NCBI RefSeq assembly: GCF_006345805.1
Contig: NC_043009.1
Location: 1,922,001 to 1,986,000, forward strand
Source: Octopus sinensis
Taxonomy: Eukaryota
Length of the DNA: 64,000 nucleotides
Reading direction: 5' to 3'
Both the position numbers and the translations under genes were made by a program. The notes beneath the pieces were generated by a model. That model did not search any database. It saw nothing but the letters and a program-made list of their open reading frames with translations, and was not told the DNA's origin. Of the stretch, positions 53,085 to 64,000 are shown in pieces (positions within the stretch are counted from its first letter, which is position 1; each line of letters begins with the position of its first letter).

Positions 53085-53312
53085 TATATATATATACATA
53101 TTAACTCGTTTGCTCTTATGTTGAATTATAATGGAAGCAATTTCACATCAAACTGAGGGATTACTCAATATTTTTCATTGAGTACACATTTGTTATTCCT
53201 GAACAAGAACGGTCTGGTTAGCATTCAGTTGACTATGATGAAAGATAAGCAGTCCGAAACATTGAAATCACTGTCAGTTTTATTCATATTGAAGAAAAAA
53301 TATGGTTAACAA

Positions 53313-53343
<31 letters not shown>

Positions 53344-53913
53344 TGTATGTATGTATGTATGTGTGTATGCACATTTACATACAAGTAAACCCACATATAC
53401 ATGTATACATATACTAAAATATTTATGCATTTTAAATTACATTTTGCAAATTCACTATTTTCGTACCGTCGCCGTTCGTTATCTCAACAAATATGTTCAC
53501 AGACGCAATATAACCAAATAACGACATACATTCATTGACCTACATCTATCTGAGACAATAAAAATTTCATGAGTAAAATGTAACTACAATATGTAGAATA
53601 ACAGCAGCTGATAATAACATCAACAGAAGCGATGTCGACAACAAAACAACTGAACAGTGCCGCCATTTTTTTTTTATACGTTTTGTTCGATAGATTTATC
53701 TAATCAAATTTGTCGTGGACATATTTTGCATGACTTCATATTTGTGAATTTGTTATCCTTCAAAATTTTGTCTAAAAACGTATTTGGGGATGTGTTTTGT
53801 AATTACGATCTTAAAATCACATGATCATATCTCTGGCTCTGTCTAGCTCGCTCTGTCACTCTGTCATCTCACTCTATCTCGCTCTTTCTCTCTCTATATG
53901 TATATGTTTATAC

Positions 53914-53966
<53 letters not shown>

Positions 53967-54119
53967 GTATATGTGTGTGTGTGTGTTTGTGTGTGTATAT
54001 ATATACTAATGTATATATATATATATATATATACACATACATATTATATAAATATAATACATCTATCTGTCTATCTTTCTATCTATCAATCTATACCACT
54101 CTTTCGCTCTTCTTCTTTC

Positions 54120-54167
<48 letters not shown>

Positions 54168-54322
54168 CGTACACACACACATATGTATGCCAATATATGC
54201 ATTCACGTCTATTCACTCAGATATTTCATCTATCTAACTATGAAACAGTTTTACTATCTACTGTCAACATATGTGTGTGTGTGTGTGAGTCTATGCATAC
54301 ATATAAACATACATGCATATAT

Positions 54323-54359
<37 letters not shown>

Positions 54360-55326
54360 GTTCATAATAGAGGTAATAGAGATAAATATTTCGCAAAAGT
54401 AACGAATGTGCTTCCACTCGCCTCACATTAGAACTGGTTAGCAGCTGTTTTAATAAACATAAAAAATAAATTCAGTTTTAGAGCGATAATATATTGAAAT
54501 TTAAAGATGGCTGAGACGAAAAGAGAGTGTAGAATAAATATGGGTTATACATATTTGAATAAAATATTTAAATAAATACATAGACAGATGTTATCGTCAG
54601 CAGAAAACAAAAAGAGGATCGTAGGAGAATACTGATTATATACAGACCAATAAAGCCAAAAATAAACAAATAAATAAATATATAAATACATGGAAAGATA
54701 CAAATGTAACCAAAATATCTTTGTATCATTTCTGTCATATTTGTCGTATGTAAAGTACTTAACATGGGTGCTAAACTTCTCTGGAATTAATTGTTTAAAT
54801 GGCATTAAACATTACTTCACAGAAATTGGCCGTTATATTTATAATATATTTTTTAATATAAATAAATCTTTTGCAATCATATTGAAGATTATTTTTTTTT
54901 CTGGAGGGCTAAGTGTATTAGTAGAATGTTAAATAGAGATAAAAACAGATTTAGATATAGATTTAGGTCGATAGCGTTGCAAAATATAAAGATGGCTCAA
55001 AGGCAATGTGGCACCCAAAAATGTACGTAAATATTTTCTATTAAAAAAATACCTGCATATATTTGGGTTTTTTCTCCAGACATGAATTGGTGCTTCTAGC
55101 AGCCTCACCTCATATACAAGCACATATACAGAAATAAGCACATAAAAACACAGGCAAGCACTGTGCGCGCGCGCGCACACACACGTTATATGAAGAATTC
55201 TAGTCTATCCATTCCGTCAAAACTTATAGTAAATATGCTTATCGTATTTAAGGTATTGAAAATGGTTGTGATATATAAGAAAATTATGTATAGGTGCAGG
55301 AGTGTCTGTGTGGTAAGTAGCTTGCT

Positions 55327-57212
55327 TACAATGCAACACTAGTTGGTCTGGAGTGTTACAGTGAGAACACGTGAGTTTTGGCTCCGTGAATAGACAAAAG
55401 AACAAAAAGAAAAATTGTCAATTATGGCACGCCATAGCGAGCAAAAATAGTGTGTTCTCTTCTCCATAACGGTGAATTGAGAATTTTTGTTTGAAAATTC
55501 TTTGGTGTGGCCTTTATTCTAGTGGGCGTATCAATCTAGAAAAAGTGGAATTTTACTGAATTGGAGTTCTTCAAGAATAACCCCGACTATTGGATTACCT
55601 GTTGGAGTATTATACAAAGGATTCCTTGTCTGTTCTATTTGTAAGGTTTTTCTTTTATTTTTCCCTTCTTCCATTTTTTCTTTCTTTCTAAATTTTGGTT
55701 CATTCTTTTCATTATTCTAATTTCAGTTTCCTTTCCTTCTCTTTTATTTTGTTTTATTTCTATTTTCATTCGGTTTTAATTTTTTGGTGGACTGCTTTTT
55801 GAACTACTTTTGAACTGTTTTTTTGGACACGGCAGAGGAGGAACTTAAAAAGAAGAACTCTGTCTTGGAGTGGGAAATCAGCCTGCCTAAGTAGTGGTTA
55901 AAAGATATAGAGGAGAGGACGGTGGTGGTTAGAACTTATTCTAAAGTTCTTGATTCCATCACCGTCTTCCCAAAACCAGTTATAGAAAATGAACTGAGAG
56001 ACTATTTGTCCTCTCTGAAATACACATCCCGTGGTGTCAAACATGCAACCGTGTGGTGGCTGTTTGACAACCGGGAAAAGGCTCGCACATTTGCGAGTCA
56101 GCCTTTAGAGGGCAACGAAATTCTGTTCCCTCCCGTCGTACTGCGGAAGAAAATTAATAAGAGCCTTGGTATGTGGTTGCCCCGTGGCACCGAGGCGGGT
56201 TGGATTGAAGATATCATCCGACGGGGGCTGGGGGATAGCGGGTCTAGGCTCTTAAATGTAAGGGTATTGCCGGCGGTCAATTGGGAAGGGTCAAAAGCGA
56301 TTTTGACCCTGTGGATCCCATCGGCCGCAACAGATCTGGCGATACTTGAGAGACGTCCCCCAAGTGTCACTCGTGCCTGCAGCCAGGCCACATTAAAAAG
56401 AACTGCACCAATGACCATTGTAAGATCCTGGAACAGTCCGTGGATGCCACCTCCCCTACCCAGTCAAAAGGAGAGGTAGATGTGGTTGAGGATGCTTCAG
56501 CCTCCTCAACCCAAAAGGGATTAAAAAGGAAGAAGGTGGGCCACAGTAGTTGCCTGCCGAAGGACCCTAAGGCTTCGGGAGGTGGAGAAGAGACTCCGGA
56601 CAATGCGGAAGAGCTCCACTCACTCGGAGTCAGGAAGAAAAGAAAAAAGGAAAGAAGAACGAGTCATCGCAGGGGGGAGATGATGTACCGTCTGCATGTC
56701 TCGAAGTTGTGCCCTCCACGGTGGAAGAAACGATCCCCACCCATAAAGATGAATTATTTATCTTTTTCTAAAAGTGCGGGGAGGTGGGAAAATAGAACAT
56801 AAAGTGGCAGTAGATATGCCCTCCACATGGGATCCCGAATGGCCTCCGCAGATTGCTGTGGAGGTCATAAGGCATCCCTTGTGGGAAAGGCTTAAAGGAT
56901 TTGGGGAGGAGTGTCGCATATGGCTGGGTGACCCTTATACGACTTACATGTCCTACATGAGTGTGGCATGGGAAATGCGGGATAGAGGAACTCAAGCGGC
57001 ATTGAAGATAATGATGAATATACCGATGGATATATCGATGAGTAGGAGATGAAAAAGCCTCGTTAAAGGGTTTGAAACCTCATCTTATTGTATTATTTGT
57101 AGTGGTTTATAACCTCAATTGTGGGTTTAAAAAAAAGACATGTTAAGTAAGAGGTTTTAGAGCCACCTTCTTGTAAGAGGTTTGAAACCTCATATTGATT
57201 AAAAAAAAAAAA
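55327..57212 (+). mobile_element. ORF1/gag-like-only retroelement with poly(A); ORF 55829-57052 disrupted
   Basis: ACG (for ATG) at 55829, TAG at 55892, 1-bp frameshift near 56360, CX2CX4HX4C knuckle CHSCLQPGHIKKNC at 56365-56406, basic low-complexity C-region, stop at 57052, hairpin GAGGTTT-G-AAACCTC at 57177-57191 and A12 at 57201-57212. Confidence 0.7.
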
Positions 57213-57976
57213 GAAAATATGTTTTCGAGAAAAATTCAATCGGCGTGTGTTGGGGTTTGTCTCTCATTTATTCATTTTATTTCATATTCATTCATTGTGT
57301 TTGTCCAGCCCGCAAAGCTACACAATCTTTGTACTGTCTACATGACAAATTTTATGAAATAAAGCAGCTTGCCAACCGTTCACGCATGCGTGTTTGTTAG
57401 TTACTTGCTGAAATGAACAAGGGAAGACGTGTAGCTGCTTAGCTCCGTATTTGAGGAAAAAGGTCGCCGTCAAGGTAAGCGGTTTTGTTTTTTCTGAGCT
57501 GGGTAGAATTGGCGTGTGTTTTATTACAGTATATTCTGCCCGTCTCTGGGGCATTTTGGCTTACTCTTGGCGGTGATGTGATTGTGCTTGTTAACAAGCA
57601 CGTGAAGAACTTCATGGTGAATATTTTCACTACAGTTATTTTGGAAAAAAAATGGTGCTTGCAAGCTGTGCGTGGTTTTGAACGCGGAAACGTTGGAAGT
57701 ACTTTATCAGGAGGATTATCAAGAGATTTGAAGGCTGCAAGTGAGCTGGGAGTAACATGTAGCCCGAAAATTGTATTTTCTGCCGTAGAGAATTGTACAA
57801 TATTTATTTTTCGGAACTGCTGTCTTTTCTTTCCTTTTGCTGAACAATTTTAGTTGGACTAGTATTTTATTTCTTCCAATTTTAGCTGATCTGTGTTTTT
57901 ATTTTTATTGTGTTCGAAGACTTTTTTTTTCTTGGTTGAGTGACTTTTTGCTTTGTTTGAACTGTGTTTTATCGAC

Positions 57977-58545
57977 ATGGCAGATAAAATGATAAAAGAT
58001 ATGACCACTGCTTTCGAGTGGGAGATTTTCCCACCCAAGAAGTGGTTAAAAGACATAGAGTAGACGGTGGTGGTTAGAACTTACTCTAAAGTTCTTGATA
58101 CCATCACTGTCTTTCCAAAACAAACCAATGAAAAAGAACTAAAAGACTATTTGTACCCTGTAAAATATATATCCCTGGGTGTCAGGCATGCAATGGTGTG
58201 GTTGCTGTTTGACACCACGGAGGTTGGTGCAAGTCAATTTTGTAAGTCAGCCTTTGGAGGGAAAGGAAATTTTGTGAAAAGATCCTGGGTATGTGGGCTA
58301 CCTCCGGGCATAGAGGCAGGTTGGATAGGATATACCGTCCGACGGGGCCTGGGAGATAGCGGGTCCAGGCTCTTAAATGTAAGAGTGACGCTTGCGGTCA
58401 ACTGGGAGGGTGCAAAGGCAACTTTGACCTTGTGGACGCCAGTGGCCGCAAGCAAAATGACTTTCCCTGACTTTTTGAAGATGGCTGGCTCTAGGTATCC
58501 AATGATTCTTGTGAGTCGCCCCCGCAAGTGTTGACAATACAAAGC
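57977..58545 (+). pseudogene. Second, diverged and 3'-truncated copy of the same ORF1/gag-like gene
   Basis: ATG at 57977, in-frame TAG at 58061. VVRTYSKVLD.ITVFPK..RRGLGDSGSRLLNVRV..AVNWEG.KA.LTLW is shared with 55922-56340. Breaks off at RPRKC*, the start of the knuckle. Confidence 0.8.
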
Positions 58546-59487
58546 AAATCGTTTCCGCTTACTAGTTTGATAGAGAATAATTGAAATATAAGTATAAAAT
58601 GTAACTACAGAATAGTAAAAAGGAAACACACAAAAGAGTAATGCGTAAAGGAGGCAGACTTAGTGCAAGATACAAACACAAATATACATATCCGGCCAGC
58701 CCTGTACTACTTATAGTTCATCAAATAGTGCATAAGTTAGTGGGGTATCTGTGCCTTCAACAGGGTCGACAGATGCTGGTCTACGGACAGATAGAAGTGT
58801 ATAGAAATCGGTCTACGCGCGTTTGCAAGAGTTTAGCATACAGGCCTCGGAATTCCGGGATTACGCCTTTGTTAATATGAATAATTCATCAGTCTCAAAG
58901 TCTCAATTTGCACACTGGCAAGTCATGAATCAAAAAGGGTAATCCGGCCAAAAAATATTTTGTATAGTGCATTAGCTATCCTGTTTGATTCTCAGAGCCC
59001 CTCCAAGTATATAGTGTGGTAGACGATAGAGTCACTCTACAACATTTCTCAGACTGCATAGCATGAGAAAAAGAAAGGGTACAAACACATTAGGATATTG
59101 TACTAATCCAGTTTGATAGCTAGTTTGCAGGTCTATATGCAGTTTCAGAAATGGAACTATTACCCCAACGTGGAAATGAGTGAACGATGGTAAGGAAGAC
59201 TTACTTGTGAGCAGGCATGAAGTGAAGTTTTCATTCCACGTATTCAAGCTATTGGCGAGCAAGGTGAGAATTATCAGCTTTTCAGTGATGCACAGATAAG
59301 ATTTCGTGTTGCGTCCATTGTGTATTTCTATGGCTTCTCTTTATTTCTATCTCCTGCTTTCAACTTCGACCAACGGCGGATTTGTGCATGCTGAACCACA
59401 ATGTCAACTGCAAATACTGTTGTAAACAAAACTATATGATACGGTGATTAATGCATCTTGTAATATTTATTTATTTAAAAAAAAAAT

Positions 59488-60240
59488 TTTAATTTTATTT
59501 TATCTAGTTTCAGCTCACGAGCTGTGGCCATGCTGGAGCACCTCCATTTGGTGTTGCTACATGATTTTACTTCACGAATGCTTTTTAGCAATTGCCATTT
59601 GGTGCATGAGAGAGTTCGATGCAGCTGCCCACATCTGCACCTCCTGCCGTGAAGTTGGTTCATCAGAGACACCTGACAGGAAGAGATCCAGTTTTATTTT
59701 AAAGACATCTGCATCCACCCCATGCAGGTCTCTCAGGTTCTTCGGGAGGATATTGAAGAGCTGTGGGCCTCTGAAGCCCACGCTATCCCAGTATCATGTC
59801 CTACATCTTGATGGCAAATTTGGAGTCCTTGGCACTATGCAGTGGCGCCCAGTTCTAGCATTTGTGTAACTCTCGATGCCAAAGTTTGGGACAAGTCCTT
59901 CTAGGCTTTTCCAGATGTATATTATGGCATATCTTTCTCGCCTACGCTCTAAGGAATAGAGTCTCAATCTCTTGAGTCTCTCCCAGTAGCTTATATTCTG
60001 CACAGAGGCTATCTTCTTCGTGTAGCTTCGTTGGATCACCTCAAGTTCTGTGATTAACTTGACACTGGATGGTGACCATAGCTGAGAGCAATAGTCAAAG
60101 TGGCTTAGGACAAGTGTCTTCCAGAGGACCATCATGGTTTCCTGGTCTCTTGTTCTAAAGGTTCTAAGAATCCATCCGGTCAGCCGCCTACATTTCATTG
60201 CGAATTTAGCAACATGCACATGAAAGGTTGCATCATTATA
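59488..60240 (-). mobile_element. CR1-clade LINE 3' fragment
   Basis: GWILRTFRTRD..LWKTLVLSHFDYCSQLWSP..LEVIQRSYTK..YWERLKRLRLYSLERRRERY..GPQLFNILP..FKIKLDLFL, a typical post-RT C-terminus. 3' tail ends ..CTGAAACTAGATAAAATAAAA. Confidence 0.88.
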
Positions 60241-60429
60241 AGAGTTTTAAATATAGTTTTTTAATAAAATTCTAAATATATATCTGCGTGACGCCACGTA
60301 TACATACATACTTACATACAAACACACATACATATATACACACGCACACGTATGCATGCATACATACACAGATACATACATATATACATACACACACACA
60401 GATACGTGTATATATATAGATATATAACG

Positions 60430-60720
60430 TCACCCTTTTCAAGCCTAGCCAGGCTCATGGGCCCGGTTTCCCGGTTTCTGTGGCGTATGTGTTCGCCCCC
60501 CCCCCAGCTGGACGGGACGCCAGTCCATCGCAGCGTTACTCAAGAAACAGGAAGAGAGGGTGAGAGAAAGTTTGGGCGAAAGAGTACAACAGGGGTCGCC
60601 ACCATCCCCTGCCGGAGCCACGTGGAGCTTTAGGCGTTTTCACCCAATAAACAGACACAACGAAACCGCGATCCATCCGATCGCGAGTCCGCTGCCCTTA
60701 ACACTGGGCCTTTGCGCCTC
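60430..60720 (-). mobile_element. Family-C SINE with tail type 2 (V-domain-like)
   Basis: Reverse complement of the 22914-23192 type. Confidence 0.85.
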
Positions 60721-61174
60721 CACACACACACACACACACACATACACACACACACACACATATACGTATCACGATATCGATTGTACTATCGGATGTTGTT
60801 ATACACCGCTTCTCACAATGTACTTCTAATTCTTTCTTGAATTGCACCCTTCTTTTCCGTCTTGGCCCAAATAATTCAACAAAAATATTTACTTTCACAC
60901 ACACACACACACGAACAGATACACACATACAAAACTACATACACATATGTGTGTGTGCGCGTATGTGAGAAGAAATGAGACAGTTGGCTCTTTCATAAGA
61001 AACATATCACTAGGTTTCTAAACCAATGCTGTTTTTTCCCTAAGATTGATAAGAAATTAAAAATTCATCAGAATTATGACAACATTGCCCATGTTAAGGA
61101 AATAGAGGGGAATGGAAAAGTCTCATATATATATATGTATATATTTGTGTATATATGTATATATATGTATATAC

Positions 61175-61276
<102 letters not shown>

Positions 61277-61586
61277 GTTCATATATATGTGTATATATAT
61301 ATATTTATATATAAAATAGAAGATTTCTATTTGTATATCTCTCAACGAGAGACATTCAGTAAAAGTACTATAGAGTAAAGATTATTTGCCAACGTAACGT
61401 GGCAGTCCGGGTTTAGGACGAGTGTTACCTTTATTTAGCCCCAGGAAGCATCGACTCTAGATGCCTGTACGACACAGACTATTTGTGTCCTTATATTTTC
61501 GAACGAGGGATTTTAGCATCCCCACTCAACACAAAGCAATATCTGTGTGTCGCGGTGTCTGCGTTATTTGCCTTCATCAGCATAGA

Positions 61587-61734
<148 letters not shown>

Positions 61735-61742
61735 TATATATA

Positions 61743-62060
61743 CAGAAATGGCTGTGTGGTAAGAAGCTAGCTTACGAACCACACGGTTTCGGGTTCAGTC
61801 CCACTGCGTGGCACCTTGGCTAACTGTCTTCTATCATAGCCTCGGCCCGACCAAAGTCTTGTGAGTGGATTTGGTGGACGGAAACTAGAAGAAGCCCGTC
61901 GCATATATGTATATTTATATGTGTGTGTGTGTATACGTTTGTGTCTGTATTTGTCCTCCCAACATCGCTTGACAACGGATGCTGGTGTGTTTAGGTTCCG
62001 GTAATCTAGCGGTTCGGCAAAAGAGACCGATAGAATAAGTTCTAGTAAAAGAGTAAAAGA
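61743..62060 (+). mobile_element. Family-B SINE with a deletion in the tail
   Basis: Head, CORE-like block and microsatellite are intact. The GGTGCTCCAGC block is missing before gtaaaagagtaaaaga. Confidence 0.85.
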
Positions 62061-62212
62061 TATATATATATATTATATATATAATATATATATATATGTA
62101 TATATATATTATATGTATACATATATATATTTATATATTTACATATATATATATTATATATACATATATATATATATATTATATATATACATATATATTA
62201 TATATATACATA

Positions 62213-62254
<42 letters not shown>

Positions 62255-62305
62255 CATATATATATATATTATATATACATATATTTATATATATTATATA
62301 CATAC

Positions 62306-62343
<38 letters not shown>

Positions 62344-62411
62344 ATATATACATATATATATAATATATATATAAATTATATACATATATATATATATTAT
62401 TATTATATACA

Positions 62412-62442
<31 letters not shown>

Positions 62443-62520
62443 TATATACATATACACGCACACACATATATATATGTGCGTGTGTATATATATATGTATG
62501 CATTTCATATATATATATGC
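62061..62520. repeat. (TA)n-rich field
   Basis: Visible. Another field lies at 61588-61742. Confidence 0.95.
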
Positions 62521-62770
62521 ATACATACGTGTAATAAAACGCACATTATGCAAACCCGCTTCATTTGATGCGTGTTACATTTTGGAACCTTCCAGATCTG
62601 TTTCCCTTCTCAGCTATCATATCGATTTGAAAGAACCTGGTCATGAAGAAATGGCCGAAATATTTCTGGTCACATTGAGTCGCACTTTACCTTCTTCACT
62701 TACACGAACGAGCACTCACACATTCGTAGCATCCCCCCCAACACATTTGGATATACACATACACCTACGT

Positions 62771-62839
<69 letters not shown>

Positions 62840-62897
62840 CGCGTCTGTCTATGTTTGTGAGTATGCAAGTGTTCATGTTTCCGGGCGTGAATGATTG

Positions 62898-63154
62898 TTT
62901 TGGTTTGTTACATAATTATTGCGGCTTTTTTATCACGAAATTTTATTCTACAAAAACAATAACAATGTTTAACAAAACCCTCTTTAAATGACGGTCCGAC
63001 CGTCTGCCAAGCAAACGGGGAGTAGTAATTGAAGTAGATGGTGAATATGCTCCGGAATATTCATTTAAAGATGTTTTTGTTTCGTGTTGTTATTGTTTTT
63101 GTTGAATAATTTTTTTTTGTAAAAAAGCCTCAATATTTATGCAGCGACCCAATA
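62898..63154. mobile_element. ~257-bp mariner-like MITE with degenerate 34-bp TIRs
   Basis: Left ttttggtttgttacataattattgcggctttttt versus reverse complement of right tattgggtcgctgcataaatattgaggctttttt. Resembles the mariner TIR ending at 9660. Confidence 0.6.
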
Positions 63155-63744
63155 TTTCTGTTCAGGGAAAACATTTCATGAAATGCTTTTAAAAATACTT
63201 CAAGCTGCATAGCTTCTACAAAGTCACTCGACTCTCTAGAAAGAGTACTTAAATCCTCCTTGAAATCACTCCTACGGTCTTGAATATAGAAGGGTACAGT
63301 AGACAGAACACCCACTGATATAGAAAGACAATTGCCTTTATGTTTGGAACGATTTCTTTTATGGGTTGACAATGAGAATCAAGTGTCTTGGCTATGAAAT
63401 TCGAAACAAAACATTGTTTGCGTTCAACAAACACTTTCCCTCCTTCAAACAGTATCTCGATTTCTTACCGACTTTTCTTTCTGCAGTTTTAACGCTAAAT
63501 GTAAATCTTCTTGTGTGGATAAAATGCTTGCTTCTCATGCACCGTATTTTCCATGTCAAATAATACTCACATTTGTTCTTAAAATGCCTCAAAAATTCAT
63601 CCCATGTCCTATATGTTCAGTTGGGTCTCCCATAAACTTTTAGATGATCAAAAGATTAAAGGGTCAAAGGTCCTTCACGACTGATAGACTCATAAGGTCC
63701 GTTTTCTGGATTCTTTGGAATATATATTTCGCTCCATGACGGGA

Positions 63745-63910
63745 CGCCGATTTGTGGCACAAGAACTCATTTTTGCCATGTGATTGAACTAGAGCAACTT
63801 GAAATGAAATGTTTTATTCAAGAGTACGATGTATTGCCCGGTCTAGAAATCGAAACAACAATCTTACGATCATGGGTGCAACACCCTAACCACTGAGACC
63901 AGCAATCGCC
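63745..63910 (-). mobile_element. Degenerate family-D SINE
   Basis: gagcaac.tgaaat.aa..gt, atcgaaac and ttacgatcatg..ccctaaccact motifs. Another D remnant lies at ~5900-6000. Confidence 0.65.
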
Positions 63911-64000
63911 CATGAATGCTCGCCTCCTCTCTCCACGCCTCCGATGTTATCCAAGGGAAAAGCAAAGAGGCCGATACAGCTTGGCATCAGTGACGTCGCA

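Noticed and set aside
59200-59420. Minus-strand exon with GTAAGT donor, or GIY-YIG-like REAIEI remnant
   Set aside because: The upstream ATG frame stops after 14 codons and the motif match is too short to call a Penelope endonuclease.
63160-63620. Short minus-strand ORFs vaguely like Penelope RT (AKTLDSHCQP, VPFYIQD) or an exon (TWDEFLRHFKNK|gtgagt)
   Set aside because: The pieces lie in different frames with weak similarity and a poor acceptor. A profile search is needed.

Overview
Eukaryotic, AT-rich, repeat-saturated 64-kb window. The repeat repertoire looks like an octopus or other cephalopod genome (inference from the SINE families and microsatellite load). No intact host gene, rRNA, true tRNA gene or CRISPR array is supportable, and nearly all ORFs in the supplied track are microsatellite artefacts. 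Contents: (i) long simple and compound microsatellites; (ii) about 40 copies of four tRNA-headed SINE-like families, labelled A-D here; (iii) decayed LINEs: two R4/Dong-type RLE elements sitting in (AAT)n tracts, a CR1-type 3' fragment and an RTE-like tail; (iv) DNA-transposon derivatives: a mariner 5' half, an internally deleted maT/DD37D-like element, a Merlin-like MITE with 8-bp TSD, a mariner-like MITE and non-autonomous Helitrons; (v) Penelope-like terminal pieces. The most interesting observations are a ~410-bp non-coding element that combines a tRNA-like Pol III head, a microsatellite spacer, a minimal hammerhead-ribozyme fold and 19-bp inverted ends (12870-13282), and two tandem diverged gag/ORF1-like (CCHC knuckle) units, the first running directly into a LINE-like 3' end and poly(A) with no ORF2 (55327-58545). 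The CR1 LINE and SINE family B also share a 3' tail with a covarying hairpin. A few weak candidate host exons are flagged. Family names come from remembered motifs, not database searches. Coordinates of decayed repeats are approximate to about 10 bp.
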